Shown here piece by piece: positions 35,965 to 42,442 of a stretch of 48,298 nucleotides of DNA (within the stretch, counting starts at the first letter, position 1; each line of letters begins with the position of its first letter). The translations under genes and the position numbers were made by a program. The DNA is from a virus, in IMG/VR virus record IMGVR_UViG_3300033565_000024. One strand, written 5' to 3'. Below the pieces are notes generated by a model. That model was given only the letters and a program-made list of their open reading frames with translations. It did no database searches and was not told the origin of the DNA.

Positions 35965-37473
35965 ATGTTAGATACATTAATTGGGGTATCTCCTTTCGCG
36001 CGCCTTGGGACAAATTTGAACTATCCGGTTTCTGCTATTGTGGAAGATAATCAACCGGATAAAGTGGTTGTTACATTTACAAATGCAGATACATCACTTT
36101 TGGCTTCGGATTTTACTATTGCAGGATTTACGGTTAGTTCCCTTGCAAGGGATGTAACTAATAAGATACTTACGTTAAGCCTATCAACTCAATTTGAATA
36201 TGGTAGGGTTGCTACACTTGTGTTGAAGGGTAAATCCTATTCAATAACTAACAATGTCGAATATCTTACAGCCCTTAAAAACGCTGTTGTTGCCTCAAAT
36301 ATAGTATCATATTTCCCGATGAATGAAGTTTCGGGAACAACAATGGTTGATTCAGTTAACGCTCGTAATGGTGAATTTGTTGATGTAACGCTTAATCAAG
36401 CAGGTTTCATAAAGGGAAAATCAATACTGTTTCCTGGATTAGATTCAGCAGGTGATTTATATGCAGCCATAGCAGCCATGAATAAAAACGAGGGTGCTAT
36501 AATTATTAACGTGAAGCACACACAAACACCTAATGTTTCAGTTTCGTATAGGGCAACTGATATAAACGACTGGCCTTCATTAAGCTATAACCCAACAGAT
36601 AAGAAAATGTACTTCAATTCTGTTTATGGTGGTGTTGGAGCGTTGGCAGGATTTCACTATTATGGGAATACCGAATGGATGCAAATATGCATTACATGGT
36701 CTGTTAGTGCTAATACTGCAAAGGTTTTTGTCAATGGATTACCGGCTGATCCTATTCCAAGCGTTTCACTGGCTGGTAGATCATGGAGTGGAACATTAAG
36801 AAATGATCTTTGTGCAATAGGTAACGAAAGAAAATCGGGTTCACAAAACAAAGCGTCAAGAGGGTATTATTCACACGTTGCAGTTATTAATAAATATGTA
36901 ACTGAAAGCGATTTGCGCAAAATATATCCTTACAATCAGGTAATATTTGCAGGCGACAGCAGGACAGAGGGCGAAATTTACCCCACAAAGGCAGTTGCCG
37001 ATTCCCTTGTAGCATTCAGAAACAAGGCAGTTGCAGGAATATCAACTGCAACATCTATAACCGCAGCGGCAGTAAATGTCGATGCTTTTTATCGTGCTGA
37101 TGTGAAAAACATATGTGTAATGTGGTGCGGTGTAAATGATGGCACAAGTGCAGCACAGACTTATGCAGATTTAAGAACATATTGTTTAGCCCGCAAGGCG
37201 GTTGGTTTTAAAACTATCATCTGTACTGAAATAGATGCTCAGGATGCTTCAAGAAATTCAGTAAACTGGAATTCAACATACATGCCTGCCCTTAATGTAC
37301 TTTTAAAAGCAGATCATTCTTTTGCTGATGGATTTGCAGATTTAAGCGCAAATGCAAATTTGATGGATGCGAATAATACCACCTACTTTAATGTAGATAA
37401 AGTACACTTAACCGATGCCGGATACAGTGAAGTTGCGGCAGTTGTAAAGCCTGTAATTGCTTCACTGCTTTAG
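35965..37473 (+). CDS. Tail fiber/spike with LamG-like lectin domain and C-terminal SGNH/GDSL esterase
   Basis: FPMNEVSGTTMVDSVNARNG (LamG-type). Block I VIFAGDSRTEG, block III MWCGVNDG, block V DKVHLTDAGY. Confidence 0.7.
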   Translation: MLDTLIGVSPFARLGTNLNYPVSAIVEDNQPDKVVVTFTNADTSLLASDFTIAGFTVSSLARDVTNKILTLSLSTQFEYGRVATLVLKGKSYSITNNVEYLTALKNAVVASNIVSYFPMNEVSGTTMVDSVNARNGEFVDVTLNQAGFIKGKSILFPGLDSAGDLYAAIAAMNKNEGAIIINVKHTQTPNVSVSYRATDINDWPSLSYNPTDKKMYFNSVYGGVGALAGFHYYGNTEWMQICITWSVSANTAKVFVNGLPADPIPSVSLAGRSWSGTLRNDLCAIGNERKSGSQNKASRGYYSHVAVINKYVTESDLRKIYPYNQVIFAGDSRTEGEIYPTKAVADSLVAFRNKAVAGISTATSITAAAVNVDAFYRADVKNICVMWCGVNDGTSAAQTYADLRTYCLARKAVGFKTIICTEIDAQDASRNSVNWNSTYMPALNVLLKADHSFADGFADLSANANLMDANNTTYFNVDKVHLTDAGYSEVAAVVKPVIASLL

Positions 37474-37491
37474 TTCCAATTTGGAACTTTT
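37473..37491 (+). terminator. Short palindromic hairpin gttccaa/ttggaac + tttt
   Basis: Directly overlaps the stop of the esterase gene. Confidence 0.35.
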
Positions 37492-37512
37492 CATGCATTT
37501 AAAAACTGAAAC

Positions 37513-37878
37513 ATGACAGAATTATTTGAACAAATAGCCTTTATCTTTTTGATTCTGATTTCATTTTTGGTGAAAGAAGGAGCTGAAAGGGCATTCGACC
37601 GTAAAGACAAAACACCACGAAGCAAGTGGAGTAGGTTATATCACATCATGAGTCTATTTGTCCGAATCGGATTATTTCTGTTGCTCGGTTTATTGACTAA
37701 GCATATACCAGGAATTATGAAATTTATTTACCTGGCGACTTTTGCATTTTTGGCATGGCCAGGGTACAATATTACTATCAATCTATTCAGAGGTGATAAA
37801 TGGTACTATGTCGGAACTGATGGAATTGACAGAGTGATCAGGAAAATTTTATTCTTTGTGAACTTCGATAAAAAATAA
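37513..37878 (+). CDS. Integral membrane protein, unknown function
   Basis: 121 aa, 3-4 hydrophobic helices. Confidence 0.5.
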   Translation: MTELFEQIAFIFLILISFLVKEGAERAFDRKDKTPRSKWSRLYHIMSLFVRIGLFLLLGLLTKHIPGIMKFIYLATFAFLAWPGYNITINLFRGDKWYYVGTDGIDRVIRKILFFVNFDKK

Positions 37879-37888
37879 TTATTTCAAA

Positions 37889-37918
37889 TTGTCCTTTAGA
37901 CAATATATTGTATATTTG
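37889..37918 (+). promoter_or_regulatory. Palindrome TTGTCCTTTAGACAA + 7 bp + TATATTTG (promoter of recombinase leader)
   Basis: 37889-37903 and 37911-37918. Confidence 0.55.
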
Positions 37919-37963
37919 TGACGTTCAACTTTCGAAATAAAATCTTCCTATTTAATCAGAGCT

Positions 37964-38031
37964 TAGCCCTGAGTGTGCTGTAACCCGTAAGGAACAGACG
38001 GTCTCGAAAGCCGGAACAACACTCAGGGCTA
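37964..38031 (+). ncRNA. Structured 5' leader element: 13-bp closing stem around two GNRA-capped hairpins
   Basis: tagccctgagtgt (37964-37976) pairs perfectly with acactcagggcta (38019-38031). Inside: ctgt..cc-GTAA-gg..acag and cgg...c-GAAA-g.ccg. Flanked by direct GCTTAG repeats. Confidence 0.45.
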
Positions 38032-38054
38032 TTGCTTAGGGGGGAATTACAAAC

Positions 38055-39047
38055 ATGAATACCGCTTTAAGATTGGTGCCATCCGGAATACAGGTTTCCG
38101 GGAAACGAGATTATGTAAACAAGCTTAACAGCTTAGAACCTAAATATGGGGTTCAGTTCTCAGACTTCATAGAAATTACGATAAACAGGAAAGCAAGGCG
38201 GATGGGTGAAAACTACAAAGCCAACTACATAACCCTGATTAATCACTTGACGAAATTTGCAGAAATTAACGATGCTGTCATTTATACAAATAGCATCAAT
38301 GAGGAGTTCCTTGATGATTTCATTATTTACCTGCAGGATCAAAACTTGAAACAGGCATATATAAAGAACCTTGTCTCCCTGGTTAAATCCATGGCTAAAA
38401 AAGCCGGCATATCTGGATACGCAGTTGACATTTCTTATGATGATGTGATGGTGGATGATGAGGAATCGTTCTCTGTTTATTTGTCGCTCAATGAAATAGC
38501 AAGAATATACTTTTTTAAGGGTCTTACCAAAAAACAAGAAAGGATCCGTGATTTATTTATTGTTGGATGCCTTACAGCTTTGAGGTTTTCAGACTACTCT
38601 ACGCTTACAAAGGATAATTTCTCTAAAGATTTTATTACTAAGGTTACTAAGAAAACCGGCAAAAAGGTGATTATTCCAATTCATGATTATGTGCGTGAAA
38701 TTTACGAAAAGTATGACGGCCAGATAAGCCCGGGTATAACAAACCAGCATTTTAACAGGTATGTTAAAAAGATTTGCAAGCTGGTCGGGTTAAATGATAG
38801 TGTGACTTTCAATTATACCCGTGGCGGGAACCTGATCACTGAAACAAAACAAAAATGGGAAATGATTTCAAGCCATACAGCACGAAGAAGCGCTGCAACA
38901 AACATGTACCTGACAGGACGGATGAAAACATACGAAATAATGTCGATAACCGGACATACTACAGAGAAAAGCTTTTTCAGGTACATAAAAATTACAGGCG
39001 AAGACATATCAAAGCATATTGCCGGGGATACATTTTTTAAAAAGTAA
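38055..39047 (+). CDS. Tyrosine recombinase (short, no arm-binding N-terminal domain)
   Basis: LTALRFSD (Arg I), SSHTARRSAATNM (H-x-x-R), ITGHTTEKSFFRYIK (His...Tyr). Confidence 0.85.
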   Translation: MNTALRLVPSGIQVSGKRDYVNKLNSLEPKYGVQFSDFIEITINRKARRMGENYKANYITLINHLTKFAEINDAVIYTNSINEEFLDDFIIYLQDQNLKQAYIKNLVSLVKSMAKKAGISGYAVDISYDDVMVDDEESFSVYLSLNEIARIYFFKGLTKKQERIRDLFIVGCLTALRFSDYSTLTKDNFSKDFITKVTKKTGKKVIIPIHDYVREIYEKYDGQISPGITNQHFNRYVKKICKLVGLNDSVTFNYTRGGNLITETKQKWEMISSHTARRSAATNMYLTGRMKTYEIMSITGHTTEKSFFRYIKITGEDISKHIAGDTFFKK

Positions 39048-39048
39048 G

Positions 39049-39080
39049 GTATCTGTCAGACAATTTTATATTTAACTTTG
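39049..39080 (+). promoter_or_regulatory. Imperfect palindrome GTATCTGTCAGACAA + 9 bp + TAACTTTG
   Basis: 39049-39063 and 39073-39080. Followed about 30 nt later by a terminator. Confidence 0.45.
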
Positions 39081-39107
39081 TTAGGTGGTTAGTTTTTGGT
39101 TAGGTTG

Positions 39108-39138
39108 AAACCGGGGCAATAAAATGTTCCGGTTTTTT
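39108..39138 (+). terminator. Intrinsic terminator aaaccgg-(14 nt)-ccggttt + tttt
   Basis: Stem 39108-39114 / 39129-39135, then a T run to 39138. Confidence 0.55.
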
Positions 39139-39139
39139 A

Positions 39140-39180
39140 TTGTCTATTAGACTAATTTGGCAAATTCATACTTACATTTG
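39140..39180 (+). promoter_or_regulatory. Palindrome TTGTCTATTAGACTA + 18 bp + TACATTTG (promoter of secreted-protein gene)
   Basis: 39140-39154 and 39173-39180. Paralogous to the 39712 copy. Confidence 0.5.
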
Positions 39181-39224
39181 TATTCTCTTTTCAATTCACT
39201 ATTTATTAATCAATTCAAAACACA

Positions 39225-39647
39225 ATGAAAAAAGAATTATTTGCTTTGTGCTCGATCATGCTTATGATGATCGCATTCGCCCCACCGGGGCAATCGAATA
39301 CCCAGCCTGTTCAGCAGGATTATTCGTATTGCATTCCCGATTTTACCTCTGTTTCTGCTCAGGCAGCAATTGAGGTGCAGGTTTATGATTACTCATACAA
39401 CCAGGAAACCGGGACAATTGAATTTGCCGAAATCGCAAGTTGTGATGTATCACCTGGTAACGGCTTACTATGCGGGTCAGCGCGAAATGCAGTATTATTT
39501 TATGATCTTTCTTTTGATAACAATGCACTGCCAGTGAAGCATTTTCGAACGTGCCACAATAGTATGGGTGTTCAAAATATGTTAACTTTAAATATGCCGG
39601 ATATCTATTATGAGCCCCGTGACGGGCTGACGCCGGCAGCAGCGTAA
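39225..39647 (+). CDS. Secreted protein (signal peptide), moron-like
   Basis: MKKELFALCSIMLMMIAFAPPGQS. Own promoter and own terminator. Confidence 0.6.
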   Translation: MKKELFALCSIMLMMIAFAPPGQSNTQPVQQDYSYCIPDFTSVSAQAAIEVQVYDYSYNQETGTIEFAEIASCDVSPGNGLLCGSARNAVLFYDLSFDNNALPVKHFRTCHNSMGVQNMLTLNMPDIYYEPRDGLTPAAA

Positions 39648-39681
39648 TTATTTTCGATAGAAAAAAATAGCCAATCAGCTA

Positions 39682-39710
39682 AAAGCCTTGCAGACGTGTA
39701 AGGCTTTTTT
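39682..39710 (+). terminator. Intrinsic terminator aaagcctt-(10 nt)-aaggcttt + ttt
   Basis: 8-bp stem followed by a T run. Confidence 0.7.
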
Positions 39711-39711
39711 A

Positions 39712-39751
39712 TTGTCCAATGAACAATTTAATCAAATTGTATCTATCTTTG
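39712..39751 (+). promoter_or_regulatory. Palindrome-like TTGTCCAATGAACAA + 17 bp + TATCTTTG (promoter of tRNA)
   Basis: 39712-39726 and 39744-39751. The tRNA starts 11 nt downstream. Confidence 0.5.
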
Positions 39752-39761
39752 TAGAGCAAAT

Positions 39762-39833
39762 TGCGAGGTGGAGCAGAGGTAGCTCGTTGGACTCATAATC
39801 CGAAGGTCGTAGGTTCGAATCCTGCCTTCGCTA
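39762..39833 (+). tRNA. tRNA(CAT), initiator-like (fMet-type) scaffold
   Basis: Anticodon loop ctCATaa (CAT 39794-39796). 1:72 mismatch (U.U). A11:U24 in the D stem. Runs TGGAGCAG..GGTAGCTCGT and CTCATAA.CCGAAGGTCGT.GGTTCGAATCC closely resemble E. coli tRNA-fMet. Anticodon stem has GGA/UCC instead of GGG/CCC. Confidence 0.85.
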
Positions 39834-39954
39834 CAAATTTTTAAATAGAGGATCGGCACCATTGGTGTAACCCGATCAGGACAGCGGGGCAATTCCTACC
39901 CAGCAAAGAGTGAGGGATTATCCAGGACTCACAAGCAGACGAAAGAGAACCCGG

Positions 39955-41244
39955 TTATTGTGCTGGGTTTTCGCTTTTAAAGAAAGGATGATCTTTTGCT
40001 TTCATTGCAAACTGCAGGCTACTTGCTTTAATGTATTTCCTGAATTGCTTTTCGGTTGTATGCCCGGAAAACGACATGATTACAGGTACCTCAATACCGG
40101 CAAGAAACATATTTGTACATCCTGAGCGCCTGGCCGTGTGCGTTGAAATCAGCTCCCACTTTTCATAAACATTCCTTTCCTTACCGCTGATCATGGAGGT
40201 GGTGATCTCAATCTTTTGATTAAGCTTTGCCATTTTTCCCAGTACCTTCAGCTGCTTGTTCATCTTTTGATTGGATACCGGCCCCGGCAATACATTGTTT
40301 CGCCTGGTCAATATTTCACGTATAACCGGATGCATGGGGATGGTGGTTTTAATCCCAGTCTTTTCACTTATATGCGAAATGTACTGATCATCATTTTTCA
40401 ATCCTTTCAAAACTGAATAGTCACCAAACCTCAGAGCTGTATATGCACCGACCATAAACCGGTCCCGGCAATCAATTAATGATTTTATTGCGCGGTCAAC
40501 ATTTCCTGTAACATTCAAAATCACAAGCTTGTAATGCTCCAGAATTAGCTTTTCATCAATCACAAGGTCTGAAATCTTTTTCAGTTCGATTTCATCCAGA
40601 TAAATTGAATCGCTATCGGCCGATACATTTGTGAAATCATCAGGAAGAAATAAATTGTGTATCCCGTTTGAACGGCCGGCTTTAAAAAACACCTTCAAAT
40701 TTTTGATCAGATCACCGTGAGTGTTTGTCGAATAACCCTTTGCGCCAGACCACTTCAACAGCTCGTTGTATAACTCCATATTTACATCTGAAAACAGGAT
40801 CCTTTGCTTACTATATTTTTCAAACTCCTTTAATGTGTTCAGGGTGGTCAGGTATCTTTTTACTGTGTTTTTTGCCCTTGTCAGGGTAGGGTAGTATCTT
40901 TCTATGAAATCAGTTAGATATTCGCTCTGTGGGGCAGATTTGCTCGGATTCAGATAATTTTCGACAGCTGCAGAGAACTCTTTTGGGGTTGGAATTTTGG
41001 CACATGAAATAAACTGTTCTGAAATTTCCTGAATTGCCTTTTCTAATGTGTCCAGCCGCCCGTTTATAATGAACGCATCCTCATAGCCTTTGATCTCCCT
41101 GGCACGTTGTGATTTCTGATTCCAGTATTTCTCCTTTACAGATATCCCTGCAGGAAATTTATATCGGTTCCCTGAAAAGCGGACAATTGCATCAATTGAG
41201 CTTACATCCCTTTTGTTTGCAAGGTAAAAACCGACTTTGATCAT
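39955..41244 (-). CDS. int: Tyrosine integrase with N-terminal arm-binding and SAM-like domains (Bacteroidota phage/CTn type)
   Basis: 429 aa. YTALRFGD (Arg I), STHTARRSGCTNM (H-x-x-R), FSGHTTEKQFRKYIK (His...Tyr). Adjacent to a tRNA gene. Confidence 0.9.
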   Translation of the reverse strand: MIKVGFYLANKRDVSSIDAIVRFSGNRYKFPAGISVKEKYWNQKSQRAREIKGYEDAFIINGRLDTLEKAIQEISEQFISCAKIPTPKEFSAAVENYLNPSKSAPQSEYLTDFIERYYPTLTRAKNTVKRYLTTLNTLKEFEKYSKQRILFSDVNMELYNELLKWSGAKGYSTNTHGDLIKNLKVFFKAGRSNGIHNLFLPDDFTNVSADSDSIYLDEIELKKISDLVIDEKLILEHYKLVILNVTGNVDRAIKSLIDCRDRFMVGAYTALRFGDYSVLKGLKNDDQYISHISEKTGIKTTIPMHPVIREILTRRNNVLPGPVSNQKMNKQLKVLGKMAKLNQKIEITTSMISGKERNVYEKWELISTHTARRSGCTNMFLAGIEVPVIMSFSGHTTEKQFRKYIKASSLQFAMKAKDHPFFKSENPAQ

Positions 41245-41245
41245 T

Positions 41246-41266
41246 AGGAACGAATTTAGGAACTTT
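41246..41266. repeat. 21-bp direct repeat AGGAACGAATTTAGGAACTTT (two AGGAAC boxes 13 bp apart start-to-start), copy 1
   Basis: Immediately upstream of the int start. Second copy at 41433 with one mismatch. Confidence 0.7.
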
Positions 41267-41387
41267 AGATGCTATTTTTGACATTTTGAGCGGTTGCAAA
41301 TATATGAGAAATATTGATAATACTCAGTTTTTGCAATGGTTCATAGCGGATGTAATAATTTGTAGGTATTCCGGCTTCGGGTACACC

Positions 41388-41420
41388 AAACCCTCTGTAT
41401 CGATTGATAACAGAGGGTTT
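41388..41420. terminator. Bidirectional hairpin aaaccctctg-(13 nt)-cagagggttt
   Basis: 10-bp stem (an 11th t-a pair possible). T run on the plus side. Lies just downstream of the minus-strand gene ending at 41427. Confidence 0.55.
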
Positions 41421-41426
41421 TTCATT

Positions 41427-41726
41427 TTATGCAGGAACGGATTTAGGAACTTTGGAGTTTGGAGCTTCGGGTTTAATCACCTTGAACATGGCACCCCGGC
41501 CAGTCAGCAGCCAGTCAGCAGATATGCCATAATCTTCAACCAAATAATTCAGGTAGGCCAATTCAAATTGCCTGTGGGGTTCCCTCATTAACCGGTTCAA
41601 ATTCCCGGGGTCGATGTTGTACTTAACACAAAATTCTTTTTTCGTTTCAATAGCACCTATCTGTTTTAGGGTATCAATTGCTGAAAAGAATCTCGTATTT
41701 ATCTGGATTGACTTTTGACTTTTCAT
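41427..41726 (-). CDS. Phage CI-type HTH regulator
   Basis: KKEFCVKYNIDPGNLNRLM...ISADWLLTGRGAMF (the W-L-L-T-G ending is typical of phage repressor HTH domains). Confidence 0.6.
   Translation of the reverse strand: MKSQKSIQINTRFFSAIDTLKQIGAIETKKEFCVKYNIDPGNLNRLMREPHRQFELAYLNYLVEDYGISADWLLTGRGAMFKVIKPEAPNSKVPKSVPA
41433..41453. repeat. 21-bp direct repeat AGGAACGGATTTAGGAACTTT, copy 2
   Basis: 20/21 identical to 41246-41266. Overlaps the 3' end of the HTH gene. Confidence 0.7.
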
Positions 41727-42022
41727 GTGAAGTTTAAAAGTATTATTGTTCCAATTACAACTACAATTAAAATCAGGATTATTCCTGCCGTGTGATTTAT
41801 AGGTTTTGCAACCTCTTTTTCTGGTACCTGAATACCAGGAGAAAACTTATGCCCGCACTTTAAGCATGTGATGTCAATTTTGTTGCTCCCATGCACCCCT
41901 GCCAATAATCCAACCCCACCTGTTACAACAAACCCGGCAGCAGCCTTCTTCAAATTATAACCATGCTTCCCAGCGGCAATCTGTTCTGATCCGCACTTAG
42001 GACATTTGATCTTCTCTTCCAT
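41723..42022 (-). CDS. Zinc-ribbon membrane protein with glycine-zipper segment
   Basis: CPKCG...CLKCG. AAAGFVVTGGVGLLAGV. C-terminal TM GIILILIVVVIGTIILL. Confidence 0.6.
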   Translation of the reverse strand: MEEKIKCPKCGSEQIAAGKHGYNLKKAAAGFVVTGGVGLLAGVHGSNKIDITCLKCGHKFSPGIQVPEKEVAKPINHTAGIILILIVVVIGTIILLNFT

Positions 42023-42027
42023 AGTTT

Positions 42028-42348
42028 CTATTTTACGGTTCCAAAAGTTATTGCCACATATAAAAAGCCTGCAAGTATCGCAACTACAAGATTTACTATA
42101 AAAATTAACTCTATTGTTCGTAGACTTTTTCTTGCAAGCCTCATTTCCCTGTATAGGTTCCCATTTTGTATAAGGTTGAGAATAGTTCCAAATTTTGACT
42201 GAAATTCAGACACATACATTTCATAGGGTAAGTCCTTATTTGTTTCATGAAATCTATTCATTTCTTCCATCACATCATCAATCATGATAGAAGGATACAG
42301 GTCATAAGTAACCCTTTTAATTGCGCTAAAATATTTTTCTGTTTCCAT
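42028..42348 (-). CDS. C-terminally anchored membrane protein
   Basis: 106 aa. Soluble N-terminus plus TM IELIFIVNLVVAILAGFLYVAI. Co-transcribed with the repressor. Confidence 0.6.
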   Translation of the reverse strand: METEKYFSAIKRVTYDLYPSIMIDDVMEEMNRFHETNKDLPYEMYVSEFQSKFGTILNLIQNGNLYREMRLARKSLRTIELIFIVNLVVAILAGFLYVAITFGTVK

Positions 42349-42395
42349 GAATTAAGTTATTTGATTTTTTTGATCCAATCAGTTTTACAAGTACG

Positions 42396-42409
42396 GGGCA
42401 AATTTGCCC
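42396..42409. promoter_or_regulatory. Perfect 14-bp palindrome GGGCAAATTTGCCC
   Basis: Between the repressor gene and the downstream membrane-protein genes. Contains CAAATTTG (7/8 of TAnnTTTG) on both strands. Confidence 0.45.
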
Positions 42410-42430
42410 TCAGTTATTATTTATAATATA

Positions 42431-42442
42431 CAAATTTGCCCC
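42431..42442. promoter_or_regulatory. Second copy (CAAATTTGCCCC) of the 42395 element
   Basis: Reverse complement equals GGGGCAAATTTG of 42395-42406. Its last base (42442) overlaps the first base of the repressor stop codon (42442-42444). Confidence 0.4.

Noticed and set aside
37964-38031. 13-bp inverted repeat as recombination sites of an invertible DNA switch for the adjacent recombinase
   Set aside because: The spacer is only 42 bp, too short for synapsis or inversion. The interior folds into GNRA hairpins, which favours an RNA-level structure.
8442-39751. The TTGTCT-N3-AGACAA palindrome as a LexA/SOS box or as small RNA hairpin terminators
   Set aside because: It does not match known LexA consensus spacings (CTGT-N8-ACAG, GAAC-N4-GTTC). 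It sits upstream of, not downstream of, genes, at a fixed distance from -7 boxes. A 6-bp A/T-rich stem with a 3-nt loop is not a credible terminator.
41286-41591. 101-aa plus-strand ORF between int and the HTH gene; also 39140-39373 and 39910-40125
   Set aside because: They run through terminator hairpins, repeats and promoters, or overlap better-supported genes (41427-41726, 39225-39647, int). No motifs.
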